NCBI GenBank assembly: GCA_038255395.1
Contig: JBBSLI010000009.1
Location: forward strand, 26,556-90,555
Direction of reading: 5' to 3'
DNA length: 64,000 nucleotides
Source: Solirubrobacterales bacterium
GTDB taxonomy: Bacteria > Actinomycetota > Thermoleophilia > Solirubrobacterales > Solirubrobacteraceae
Shown: piece after piece, positions 7,190-17,920 of the stretch
Position numbering within the stretch: the stretch's first letter is position 1
Layout: each line of letters opens with the position of its first letter
Program-made: the position numbers and the translations under genes
The notes under the pieces: model-generated
What the model saw: the letters and a program-made list of their open reading frames with translations, nothing else
What the model was told of the DNA's origin: nothing
The model's database searches: none

Positions 7190-9562
7190 TCAGCGGCGGG
7201 CGAACCGAGCCGCCCGCGCCCGGGCTGCCTTCAGCGCCCGCGCCTTGGCGGCCCTGGCGGCCGATGCCCGCGATCGCGTGACCCGCACCAGCTCGCGCCC
7301 CGAGTTCGCGCCCAGGCAGTCGTCGGTCCGCAGCACGCGGGCGCGGAAGTACTGCGTGCTCGTCATCCGGATCAGCGGTGTCGTGAACGTGCCGCGCGAG
7401 CTCGTCCTGACCGTCCGCAACGTGACGAAGCGCGCCCCCGTCAGCGTGCGCCGCTGGATCTGGACGCTCTGGCCGCTCTCGCAGGCGGCCGGGTTGGCGA
7501 ACGCCTCCACGACGCCACGCAGCCGGATGCGCTGATTGCGGCGCACCGACGTGCGTGAGGCGTCGAGGTCGACCGAGCGCCCCGCCAGCACGGTCGCCGC
7601 CGTGCCACCGGCCGGGGCGGGGCTGCCAGCCGGACCGGACGAGCCTGCCGGGCCCGGCGCCCCTGCCGGCCCGGCCGGACCGGCCGGACCCTGGGGCAGC
7701 GGCGGCGGCCCCGGCACGATGGCGTTGGCATCGCTGCGGAAGATGTAGATCCGCCCGGCGTCGAGGATCGTCGGCGTGCCGCCGTCCCAGCGCACCGACG
7801 AGGCACCGAAGTCCAGCATCCCGTCGCCGTTGAGGTCGCCCATCGCGAAGACGCGGCTGCCGAAGCCGCTTTCGGGCTGGTCGTCGGGATCTGAGATCGT
7901 CTGCAGCGCGGACTCGTTGGCCGGGTTGACGAAGCTCACATCGAAGCGCGTGTCGTCCTTGCCGCCCGACGTCTGCACCGCCGAGAACTGTCCGGCCAGC
8001 ACCTCGTTGCGGACGTTCACGCCATCGCTGACGTTGCCGACGCCCTCGGTCGGGTTGGCGAAGCGGCCGAACGTGTTCGGCGTCGGGTCGTCGACGAACG
8101 CGAAGTTGATCATGTTCGCCGCGACGTTGCCGCTGAACACGTAGCCGCGGCCCGCCTCGGCGGTCGTCCCGACGTTCTGCATCGCCGGGATCACGATGTC
8201 CGGCAGCGAGGAGTCGCCGAGGTCGCCGACAGGGAAGTGCTGGCCGGTCGTGAATCCGAACAGCGCGTTGGCCTGCGGCTCGGGATGGTTGTAGATGTGC
8301 AGGATCGCGCCGGTCGCGCCGTCGAACAGGATGACCGCGCCGCACTCGAAGTACGAGTAGTCCGGCGCGAACAGCGGGCACTCGGAGCGATGCGTCGAGA
8401 TCGCGTACTCCGGCTTGCCGTCGGGCACGTTCGTGCGCGACGTCCGCAGGCAGCGGTCACCGGGCGCGACGACCGGGAAGGCCCCGCCGCTCTGGCAGGC
8501 GCCGACGTCGCCCATCGGGATCTGCGAGTGGCCGAAGTTCTCGACGACGTGGCCGGCGGAGCCCGAGAAGGGGTCGTCGGTCTGCGCGCCGATGTTCTTG
8601 TGGATCCGCAGCGGTGTGTCGAGGATCGTGCTCGGAACCGATCCGGCGATGTCCTCACCGCGGTAGACGTAGGCGCGCCCCGCGCCGACGCAGGTGGCGG
8701 CTCCGGCCGTGGCCGCGCAGTGCGAGCCCGGATGCGCCGTCGCTCCGGTCTCCGGGAACATGTTCGCGCCGATCACGATGTCGGGCCGGCCGGCGCCGTC
8801 GATGTCGCCGGTCTTCACGGCGACCGGCATCAGTGCGTTCGTCGGGCAGGTGCCGATGCCGGTGTTGCCGGCACACGGTGGCTGGCCGCGCGGGTTCGTC
8901 GCCGTGCGCCCGAAGCCGCCCCGGACGCTGGCGTTGCCGGGGTTCTCGGCCATCCGGTCCGCGATCAGCTGGCGGTCGGTGGCGGGCATGTCGATGCGCT
9001 TGAGGATCGCCAGCGTCTTGCCATCCAGCACGTAGGCGCGCCCGACGTCCGGCACGCCCTCGATGTCGACGCCGCCGAGGCTGTAGAGCACCTCGTTGAC
9101 GCCGTCCGGCGCGCCGACCGTCGCGTCCAGGCAGATCGGGCCCGGCTGGTTGGCGACCTGGGTCGGCGCGTTCGCGCAGCTGCCGAGGTCGGTCAGACGG
9201 CTGAGGAAGTTGTCGCCGCCGGCGTTGCTGCCGGTTCCTCCTGCATCGCCGGAGTTGACGGTCCGCAGGACCGTACCGGTGGCGCCGCTGAAGAGCCACA
9301 CGATCCCGGCGCCGGTCTGGGCGCTGCCGGTGAACTGCGACGCGACGAAGTCGTCCTGACCGTCGCCGTTCGTGTCGCCGATCGAGACGGCCTGGTTGCC
9401 GAAGCCGGCAGCGGCGGTCGGCAACGGTGTGTCGATGCGCTGCACCGTGTAGCCCGGCGGCAGCACGGCCGCCGCGGGTGTGGCGCCGACGAGGGCGGCC
9501 AGCGCGATGACAGCGCCGACGCCGACGCCGACGCCGATCGAACGAGTCCTTGACAACAACAC
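7190..9562 (-). CDS. secreted FG-GAP/integrin-alpha-like repeat protein with a collagen-like GPAGPAG stretch and an Arg-rich C-terminal domain
   Basis: 790 aa. It has a signal peptide (GVGAVIALAALVGATPAAA), repeated FG..(GD.NGDG.DD) motifs, GPAGPAGPAGAPGPAGSSGPAG, and a GTG start at 9562 with AGGAGGA 9 nt upstream. Confidence 0.75.
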   Translation of the reverse strand: MLLSRTRSIGVGVGVGAVIALAALVGATPAAAVLPPGYTVQRIDTPLPTAAAGFGNQAVSIGDTNGDGQDDFVASQFTGSAQTGAGIVWLFSGATGTVLRTVNSGDAGGTGSNAGGDNFLSRLTDLGSCANAPTQVANQPGPICLDATVGAPDGVNEVLYSLGGVDIEGVPDVGRAYVLDGKTLAILKRIDMPATDRQLIADRMAENPGNASVRGGFGRTATNPRGQPPCAGNTGIGTCPTNALMPVAVKTGDIDGAGRPDIVIGANMFPETGATAHPGSHCAATAGAATCVGAGRAYVYRGEDIAGSVPSTILDTPLRIHKNIGAQTDDPFSGSAGHVVENFGHSQIPMGDVGACQSGGAFPVVAPGDRCLRTSRTNVPDGKPEYAISTHRSECPLFAPDYSYFECGAVILFDGATGAILHIYNHPEPQANALFGFTTGQHFPVGDLGDSSLPDIVIPAMQNVGTTAEAGRGYVFSGNVAANMINFAFVDDPTPNTFGRFANPTEGVGNVSDGVNVRNEVLAGQFSAVQTSGGKDDTRFDVSFVNPANESALQTISDPDDQPESGFGSRVFAMGDLNGDGMLDFGASSVRWDGGTPTILDAGRIYIFRSDANAIVPGPPPLPQGPAGPAGPAGAPGPAGSSGPAGSPAPAGGTAATVLAGRSVDLDASRTSVRRNQRIRLRGVVEAFANPAACESGQSVQIQRRTLTGARFVTLRTVRTSSRGTFTTPLIRMTSTQYFRARVLRTDDCLGANSGRELVRVTRSRASAARAAKARALKAARARAARFARR

Positions 9563-9621
9563 AGCGCCGTCCTCCTAGCAGGGTCCCGAGACACGCCGCC
9601 TCCCACGAGCGGCTACGTGAG

Positions 9622-9638
9622 CACAACCTATAGTTGTG
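9622..9638 (+). promoter_or_regulatory. -10-like TATAGT (9629-9634) embedded in the palindrome CACAAC-ctata-GTTGTG
   Basis: Perfect 6-bp arms with a 5-nt spacer, in the 121-bp divergent spacer between the FG-GAP and RCC1 genes. This is an AT-rich island in GC-rich DNA. Confidence 0.4.
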
Positions 9639-9683
9639 TGCGGCGTAGCACAAACACACACAGCGTTCGGATAGCCTGCGGCT

Positions 9684-11744
9684 GTGCGTGTCCCGGCACC
9701 AGTTCGCCTCCGCCGATCTTCTGCCTTCCGGACGCCGGCCGCGGGTGTGCTCTTCGCGCTCGTGCTGCTCGTCGGCATCGCCGCCGTGCTCCCCGCCGGC
9801 GCCCCGGCAGGGCAGTCGTCACAGGCGACGCCGGCGCCGTTCAGCCAGCTCGGCGCCGGCCTGTATCACTCCTGCGCGCTCGTCGACGACGCCAGCCAGC
9901 CACCGCCTCCCAGCCGTACGGTGCGCTGCTGGGGCTTCAGCGGGGACGGCCAGGTCGGCTACGGCAACTCCACGACGATCGGCGACGACGAGGTTCCCGC
10001 GGCGGCCGGCCCGGTCGACCTCGGCGCTGGCCGCACGGCCAGAGCGCTGGCCGCCGGCGACTACCACACATGCGCCGCGCTCGATACCGGTGACGTGCGC
10101 TGCTGGGGTTACGCGAACGAGGGCCAGGTGGGGCTCGGCGACCGCAACCAGATCGGCGACAACGAGACGCCCGGCTCGGTCGGGCCGGTGAGCCTCGGCG
10201 CCGGCCGCACCGCCACGGCGATCACGGCCGGAGGCAACCACACGTGCGCCGTGCTCGACGACGCCAGCGTGCGCTGCTGGGGGCTGGGCGAGTTCGGCCA
10301 GCTCGGCTACGGCACCACGGCCTCGATCGGCGACAACGAGCAGGTCAGCTCGGCCGGTCCGGTCGACCTCACCGCGGGGCGGACCGCGAAGGCCATCACC
10401 GCCGGCGCGTTCCATACCTGCGCGATCCTCGACGACGACAGCGTGCGCTGCTGGGGCCTGGGATCCAACGGCCAGCTCGGCTACGGCGCCACGTCGGCGG
10501 TCCTGAACCCGGCGCTGGTCGCAGGTCCTGTCGACCTCGGCGACGCGCGCAGCGCCACGGCGATCACCGCGGGCGCCTCGCACACCTGCGCGATCCTCGA
10601 CAACGGCAGCGTGCGCTGCTGGGGGCTGAACGACAGCGGGCAGCTCGGCTACGGCACCACGGGCACGATCGGCGACAACGAACCCGTCGACGCCGCTGGG
10701 CCGGTCGACCTCGGCACGGGGCGCACCGCGATCGCGATCAGCTCCGGTGGCGAGCACACGTGCGCGGTGCTCGACAACGGCCAGGTGCGCTGCTGGGGCT
10801 CGGGCGTCAACGGGCAGCTCGGCAACGGCGACCTCGGCGCGGTCGGCGACAACGAGACGCCGGGCTCGGTCGCCGCCGTCGACCTGGGCCTGGGGCGGAC
10901 CGCGACCGCGATCAGCGCCGGCATCTTCCACACGTGCGCGCGGCTCGACGACGCCGGCGTGCGCTGCTGGGGCAACGGCGCCGACGGCCGCCTCGGCCAC
11001 TGCTCGCGCGCCGACATCGGCGACGACGAGACGCCGGGCTCGATCGGGCCGGTCGACATCGGCTTCGGCGGGATCGCCTGTCCCGTCGCGCCGCCACCGC
11101 CACCGGCACCCGCGGCGGTATCGGTTGCGCCGCCGCCGCCCCCACCGGCCGCCGCTCCGCCGCCGCCTGGGCCGCCGACCGTGGCCCGGCCCTCGACGGC
11201 CGCAGCGCTGCGGGTACAGCGCGCACGGGCAGCGGGGCTGCGCGACTGCCGCGCCGCGGTGTCACGGCAGTCGCGCAGCGACCGCCGCCGCGCCGTGCGC
11301 AGGTACCGGCCGGGATCGCGCCTGCGGGCGCAGGCGCTGCGCAGCGCTGCTCGCCGCGCGGCCCGGGGACGCGTGGGCTGCATGAACCGCTTCGTGCGCG
11401 TTCCCGGCCGTGTCACGAGCCTGACCGCGAGCGCCCGCGCCGCACACACGATCGTCCTGCGCTTCCGCGCAGCGGGCACCGACGGGTCCAAGGCGCCCGC
11501 GGCACGCAGCTACCTCGTCAAGCAGTCGCTGCGCCCGATCCGCAGCGCGGCCGACTTCCGGCGTGCCACGGCGCTGTGCAGGGGGGCTTGCACGTTCGAC
11601 GTCACAGAGCCGCGCGCGCGGATCACGCTCGCGGTCACGCAACTGCGTCGCCGGACGAGGTACCACTACGCCGTCGCCGCGCGCGACAACGTCACCCGGC
11701 GGGCCGGCCCGCGCTCACGCACCGTGCGCGCCACGACGCGGTAG
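9684..11744 (+). CDS. secreted 7-bladed RCC1-repeat beta-propeller protein with a Pro-rich stalk and an FN3-like C-terminal domain (paralog a)
   Basis: 686 aa with a signal peptide. There are seven (V/L)RCWG....G(Q/R)LG(Y/L)G repeats with HTCA(L/I)LD strands, then PPPPPAPAAVSVAPPPPPPAAAPPPPGPP and a C-terminal APAARSYLVKQSL...YHYAVAARDNV module. Confidence 0.8.
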   Translation: MRVPAPVRLRRSSAFRTPAAGVLFALVLLVGIAAVLPAGAPAGQSSQATPAPFSQLGAGLYHSCALVDDASQPPPPSRTVRCWGFSGDGQVGYGNSTTIGDDEVPAAAGPVDLGAGRTARALAAGDYHTCAALDTGDVRCWGYANEGQVGLGDRNQIGDNETPGSVGPVSLGAGRTATAITAGGNHTCAVLDDASVRCWGLGEFGQLGYGTTASIGDNEQVSSAGPVDLTAGRTAKAITAGAFHTCAILDDDSVRCWGLGSNGQLGYGATSAVLNPALVAGPVDLGDARSATAITAGASHTCAILDNGSVRCWGLNDSGQLGYGTTGTIGDNEPVDAAGPVDLGTGRTAIAISSGGEHTCAVLDNGQVRCWGSGVNGQLGNGDLGAVGDNETPGSVAAVDLGLGRTATAISAGIFHTCARLDDAGVRCWGNGADGRLGHCSRADIGDDETPGSIGPVDIGFGGIACPVAPPPPPAPAAVSVAPPPPPPAAAPPPPGPPTVARPSTAAALRVQRARAAGLRDCRAAVSRQSRSDRRRAVRRYRPGSRLRAQALRSAARRAARGRVGCMNRFVRVPGRVTSLTASARAAHTIVLRFRAAGTDGSKAPAARSYLVKQSLRPIRSAADFRRATALCRGACTFDVTEPRARITLAVTQLRRRTRYHYAVAARDNVTRRAGPRSRTVRATTR

Positions 11745-11754
11745 CCGATCCCGG

Positions 11755-12993
11755 CTACGGCGCTCGCCCGGCCTCCTCGGTGGCCGCCCGCAGCCGCTTC
11801 GCGTGCTCATCGGTCAGCGCGCCCGCAGCCATCCGCCAGCGCCACGACCCCGTCGCCCGCCCCGGGATGTTCATCCGTGCCTCGGACCCGAGCCCGAGCA
11901 CGTCCTGGGCCTGGACCATCGCCAGCCGTGCCCGCGACGAGTAGGCGAGGCGGATCATCGACCACCAGGGGTCGTCGGCCTGAAATCCGGCGGCGAGGAT
12001 CTGGGCCTGCGCGGCGGCGCGCGTCGCCGCGGGCAGCGCCTCCCACCAGCCGCGCAGCGTGTCGTTGTCGTGCGTGCCCGTGTAGACGACGCTGTCGTGC
12101 TCGTGGTGCTCGAGGCGATGTGGGCCGTGCGGGTCGTCGGGATCGAAGCCGAACTGCATGACGACCATGCCCGGGTAGCCCAGCGAGCGGCGCAGGCGCT
12201 CGACCGGCGGGGTGATGACGCCGAGGTCCTCCGCGATCACCGGCAGCTCGCCGAGCTGCAACGACACCGCGTCGAACAGCGCGCGCCCGGGCCCGCGCCG
12301 CCAGCGCCCGCCGCGCGCGTCCGACGCGCCCTCGGGCACCGCCCAGTAGGCGACGAGCCCGCGGAAGTGGTCGATCCGCGCGACGTCGAAGAGCGCGAAC
12401 GTGCGCCGCAGCCGCTCGGTCCACCAGCGATAGCGGCGGCGCTGCAGCGCAGGCCAGTCATACAGCGGGTTGCCCCAGAGCTGGCCACTGGGCCCCAGCG
12501 CGTCGGGCGGCGCGCCCGCGACCTCGCCGGCGCGAAACAGCTCCGGCCAGGCGAGGTGATCGGCGCTGCCGGGCGCGACGTAGATCGGCACGTCGCCGAT
12601 CAACCCGATCCCGCGCTCGCGCGCGTACGCGCGCAAGGCGCCCCACTCGCGGTCGAAGCGAACCTGGTCGGCGACAGCCCGGCGCCCGCCGGCGACCGCC
12701 TCCCAGCCCTCGATCCAGAACGACTCGCGGGCGCGGAACGCGTCGATCTCGTCGTCGCAGACCGGTGCGGCCGGATCGGCGAGCAGCCCGCGCCAAGCGG
12801 CGAAGGCCGACTTCGCCTTGTACGGTGAACGGGCACGGTCAGGCGGACCGAGCGGCAGCATCTGCCACCACGACTGGCCCGCCGCCGCCAGCCAGTCGAC
12901 GAAGCGGTATGCGTCGTCGCCGAGCCGCCCCGCCGGAAGGCTGGTGGGATGCAGCTGAACACCTGCTGATCGGTCTGGAAGCTGTGACTGCAC
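11755..12993 (-). CDS. malQ: 4-alpha-glucanotransferase (amylomaltase)
   Basis: The last 412 aa of ORF 11755-14964: RSAGVQLHPTSLPAGRLGD, SPYKAKSAFA, IGDVPIYV, GQLWGNPLYDW, DVARIDHFRGL, VIAEDLG, VVYTGTHDNDT. GTG start at 12993. The rest of the 1069-aa ORF is antisense to glgE. Confidence 0.85.
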   Translation of the reverse strand: MQSQLPDRSAGVQLHPTSLPAGRLGDDAYRFVDWLAAAGQSWWQMLPLGPPDRARSPYKAKSAFAAWRGLLADPAAPVCDDEIDAFRARESFWIEGWEAVAGGRRAVADQVRFDREWGALRAYARERGIGLIGDVPIYVAPGSADHLAWPELFRAGEVAGAPPDALGPSGQLWGNPLYDWPALQRRRYRWWTERLRRTFALFDVARIDHFRGLVAYWAVPEGASDARGGRWRRGPGRALFDAVSLQLGELPVIAEDLGVITPPVERLRRSLGYPGMVVMQFGFDPDDPHGPHRLEHHEHDSVVYTGTHDNDTLRGWWEALPAATRAAAQAQILAAGFQADDPWWSMIRLAYSSRARLAMVQAQDVLGLGSEARMNIPGRATGSWRWRMAAGALTDEHAKRLRAATEEAGRAP

Positions 12994-13029
12994 GTTACGA
13001 ACCGCCTGAAACGGAGAGAGTGTCTGGGA

Positions 13030-14994
13030 ATGCCCGCGCCGAAGACCGCGAAACCGCCGCCCCGCCGCACGAACCCCGTGGCGCCCCCGCCTCCCCGCAT
13101 CCAGATCGGCGACCCCGCGCCGATGATCGACTGCGGCCGCTATCCCTCGAAGCGAACCGTGGGCGACGCCGTCGCGGTCAGCGCCGACATCTTCGCCGAC
13201 GGGCACGACGTCCTGCGCGCGGTCGTCCGCTCCAACGCCCCCGGCTCCAAGGCCTGGGTCGAGAATCCGATGGTCCGGATCGACGCGCACGTCGACGGCG
13301 ACCGCTGGGCCGGCCGCTTCGAGGTCGATCGCCTGGGCCGCCACACGTGGACGATCGAGGCCTGGACCGACCCCTTCGCCAGCTGGCGCGAGGAGCTGCG
13401 CCGCAAGATCGACGCCGGCGAGCCCGACCTCTCCGGCGAGCTGTCGGAGGGCGAGCTCCTGCTCGAAGCGGCCGCCGCCCGCGCCAAGGGCAACGATCGC
13501 AAGCGCATCGAGCGCGCGCTGGTCGGACTGCGTGAGGGCGGCGCCAACCCCGAGATCGCGCTCGACCCCGGGCTGGCGCAGGCGATCGAGCGCTACCCCG
13601 ACCGCAGCCGCTCGACGACTATGGAGCGCGAGCTGCAGGTCGACGTCGATCCCGTCAAGGCGCGCTTCGGCACATGGTACGAGCTCTTCCCCCGCTCCTG
13701 GGGTGGCCTCACCGGCGTCACCGCGCAGCTGCCCGAGCTCGCCCGGCTGGGCTTCGACGTGCTCTACCTGCCGCCCGTGCACCCGATCGGCCTGACGAAC
13801 CGCAAGGGGCGCAACAACGGTCTGCAGGCCGGCGCGAACGACCCCGGTTCGCCGTGGGCGATCGGCGACGCGACGGGCGGCCACGACGCGCTGCACCCCG
13901 AGCTCGGGACGATCGACGAGTTCGACGCGCTCGTCCGCGTCGCGGGCGAGCAGGGCATCGAGATCGCGCTGGACTTCGCGATCCAGTGCTCCGCCGACCA
14001 TCCCTGGCTGAGCGAGCACCCCGAGTGGTTCAACCGGCGCCCCGACGGCACGCTGAAGTACGCCGAGAACCCGCCCAAGAAGTACCAGGACATCTACAAC
14101 GTCAACTGGGACTGCGACGACTGGCAGGGGCTGTGGCACGCGCTGCGCGACGTCGTGCGCTTCTGGGCCGGCCACGGCGTGAAGATCTTCCGCGTCGACA
14201 ACCCGCACACCAAGCCGCTCGCGTTCTGGGAGTGGCTGATCGCCGAGCTGCGCGCCGACCATCCGGACATCATCTTCCTCGCCGAGGCCTTCACCCGCGC
14301 CGCGATGATGCGCCAGCTCGCGAAGGTCGGCTTCAACCAGTCCTACACGTACTTCACGTGGAAGAGCTCCAAGTGGGAGCTGATGGACTACGTCACCGAG
14401 CTGGCGACGAGCGGCATGCAGGAGTACTACCGCCCGAACTTCTTCGTCAACACGCCCGACATCCTCACCGCGGAGCTGCAGCACGGCGGGCCGCCGAAGT
14501 TCGCCAGCCGCCTGGTGCTCGGCGCGACGCTGAGCCCGACCTACGGCGTCTACTCGGGCTTTGAGAACTTCGAGCGCGTGCCCGTGCGGCCCGGCAGCGA
14601 GGAGTACGAGAACTCCGAGAAGTACGAGATCAAGCGCCGTGCGCTGAACGGCCCGCTGCTGTCGCTGATCGAGCGCATCAACGCGATCCGCCGCGACAAC
14701 GAGGCGCTTCAGCACCTCGCCAACATCCAGTTCCTCACGACCGAGAACGACGCGTTGATCGCCTACGCCAAGCGCAGCGGCGACAACATCATCATCGTCG
14801 TCGTCACGCTGGACCCGGTCGCCGCGCAGGAGGGGGTCGTCGTGATCCCCTACGGCCTCGGGCTGGCGCCGGTCTTCACGGTCACGGACCTGCTGTCGGG
14901 CGAGAGCTTCGACTGGCGGATGGGGCGCAACTTCGTGCGGCTGGACCCCTACCGGGTCGCCCACCTGCTGCGCGTGACGACGAGCACCCCGTGA
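13030..14994 (+). CDS. glgE: alpha-1,4-glucan:maltose-1-phosphate maltosyltransferase
   Basis: 654 aa: [52 protein letters not shown]. Typical GlgE with an N-terminal DUF3416-like region. Confidence 0.9.
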   Translation: MPAPKTAKPPPRRTNPVAPPPPRIQIGDPAPMIDCGRYPSKRTVGDAVAVSADIFADGHDVLRAVVRSNAPGSKAWVENPMVRIDAHVDGDRWAGRFEVDRLGRHTWTIEAWTDPFASWREELRRKIDAGEPDLSGELSEGELLLEAAAARAKGNDRKRIERALVGLREGGANPEIALDPGLAQAIERYPDRSRSTTMERELQVDVDPVKARFGTWYELFPRSWGGLTGVTAQLPELARLGFDVLYLPPVHPIGLTNRKGRNNGLQAGANDPGSPWAIGDATGGHDALHPELGTIDEFDALVRVAGEQGIEIALDFAIQCSADHPWLSEHPEWFNRRPDGTLKYAENPPKKYQDIYNVNWDCDDWQGLWHALRDVVRFWAGHGVKIFRVDNPHTKPLAFWEWLIAELRADHPDIIFLAEAFTRAAMMRQLAKVGFNQSYTYFTWKSSKWELMDYVTELATSGMQEYYRPNFFVNTPDILTAELQHGGPPKFASRLVLGATLSPTYGVYSGFENFERVPVRPGSEEYENSEKYEIKRRALNGPLLSLIERINAIRRDNEALQHLANIQFLTTENDALIAYAKRSGDNIIIVVVTLDPVAAQEGVVVIPYGLGLAPVFTVTDLLSGESFDWRMGRNFVRLDPYRVAHLLRVTTSTP

Positions 14995-16651
14995 TGCAGC
15001 CCGCAGGCCAGTGGTTCGAATCAGATCCGCTCTGGTTCAAGACCGCGGTCTTCTACGAGATCCACCTGCGCGGCTTCTACGACGGCACCGGCGACGGCAG
15101 CGGCGACTTCCGCGGCCTGACCGAGAAGCTCGACTACCTGCAGTGGCTGGGCATCGACGTGATCTGGCTCCTGCCGATGTACCCGTCGCCGTTGAAGGAC
15201 GGCGGCTACGACATCGCCGACTTCTACGGCGTGCACCCCGACTACGGCACGATGGACGATGTCCGCACGTTCATCGAGGCCGCGCACGAGCGCGGCATGC
15301 GCGTCATCACCGACCTCGTGATGAACCACACCTCCAGCGACTGCTCGTGGTTCCAGGAGGCGCGCTCGAGCGCGGACAACCCCAAGCGCGACTGGTACGT
15401 GTGGTCCGACGACCCGACGCTCTACGACGAGGCGCGGATCATCTTCATCGACACCGAGACGTCGAACTGGACCTGGGACGAGCAGGCCGGCGCCTACTAC
15501 TGGCATCGCTTCTTTCACCACCAGCCCGATCTGAACTACGACAACCCCGAGGTCCAGGAGGCGATGCTCGACGTCCTGCGCTTCTGGCTGGACCTCGGCC
15601 TGGACGGCTTTCGCCTCGATGCCGTGCCCTACCTGTTCGAGCGCGAGGGCACGAACTGCGAGAACCTGCCCGAGACGCACGCGTTTCTCAGGAAGGTGCG
15701 CAGGACCGTCGACGAGGAGTACCCCGACCGCGTCCTGCTCGCCGAGGCCAACCAGTGGCCGGCCGACGTCGTCGAGTACTTCGGCGACGGCGACGAGTGC
15801 CACATGGCGTTCCACTTCCCGGTCATGCCGCGGATGTTCATGGCCGTGCGGCGCGAGGAGGCGGCGCCGATCCTCGAGATCCTGACCCAGACGCCGCACA
15901 TCCCGGCCAACTGCCAGTGGGGTCTGTTCCTGCGCAACCACGACGAGCTGACGCTCGAGATGGTCACCGACGAGGAACGCGACTACATGTACTCCGAGTA
16001 CGCCAAGGACCCGCGGATGAAGCTCAACCTCGGCATCCGCCGGCGCCTCGCCCCACTGCTCGACAACGGCCGCGACGAGATCGAGCTGATGACCGCGATC
16101 CTCTTCAGCCTGCCGGGCTCGCCGGTCCTGTACTACGGCGACGAGATCGCGATGGGCGACAACGTCTATCTCGGCGACCGTGACGGCGTGCGCACGCCGA
16201 TGCAGTGGACCGGCGACCGCAACGGCGGCTTCTCCCGCGCGGACTTCGCCCAGCTCTACGCGCCGCCGCTGATGGACCCCGTCTACGGCTACCAGGCCGT
16301 CAACGTCGAGGCCCAGCTGCGTACGCCCTCTTCGCTTCTGCGCTGGCTGCGGCGCTTCATCGCGCTGCGCAAGGAGCACCCCGTCTTCGGCCTGGGCACG
16401 TTCGAGGCCCTGACGCCGGCCAACCCGAAGATCTTCGCCTGCATCCGGACCTACGAGGACGACGTGGTGATGTGCGTGCACAACCTCGCACGCTCGGCGC
16501 AGGCCGTCGAGCTCGACCTGTCCTGGTACCACGGCCGGCGCCCGGTCGAGCTGTTCGGCCGCTCGCGCTTCCCGAAGATCGGCGAGCTGCCCTATCTGTT
16601 GACGCTCGCCCCGCGCGGGTTCTTCTGGTTTCGCCTCGAGGAGGAGGAAGA

Positions 16652-16655
<4 letters not shown>
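14991..16655 (+). CDS. treS: maltose alpha-D-glucosyltransferase / trehalose synthase
   Basis: 554 aa: [72 protein letters not shown] 14991 or ATG 14994 overlaps the glgE stop. Confidence 0.9.

Positions 16656-17916
<1,261 letters not shown>

Positions 17917-17920
<4 letters not shown>

Noticed and set aside
7590-7700. The collagen-like GPAGPAGPAGAPGPAG stretch as evidence for a bacterial collagen gene
   Set aside because: There are only about 10 Gly-X-Y triplets, embedded between the FG-GAP propeller and the C-terminal domain. It is more likely a flexible linker than a triple-helix domain.
11755-14964. The 1069-aa minus-strand ORF, which looks like one giant gene
   Set aside because: Only its last 412 codons (11755-12993) have MalQ motifs. 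The upstream part is antisense to the well-supported glgE gene and is low-complexity.
15009-15030. The tRNA T-arm-like string GTGGTTCGAATCAGATCC
   Set aside because: It lies inside the treS coding frame (QWFESDPLW). No acceptor or anticodon stems can be drawn around it.
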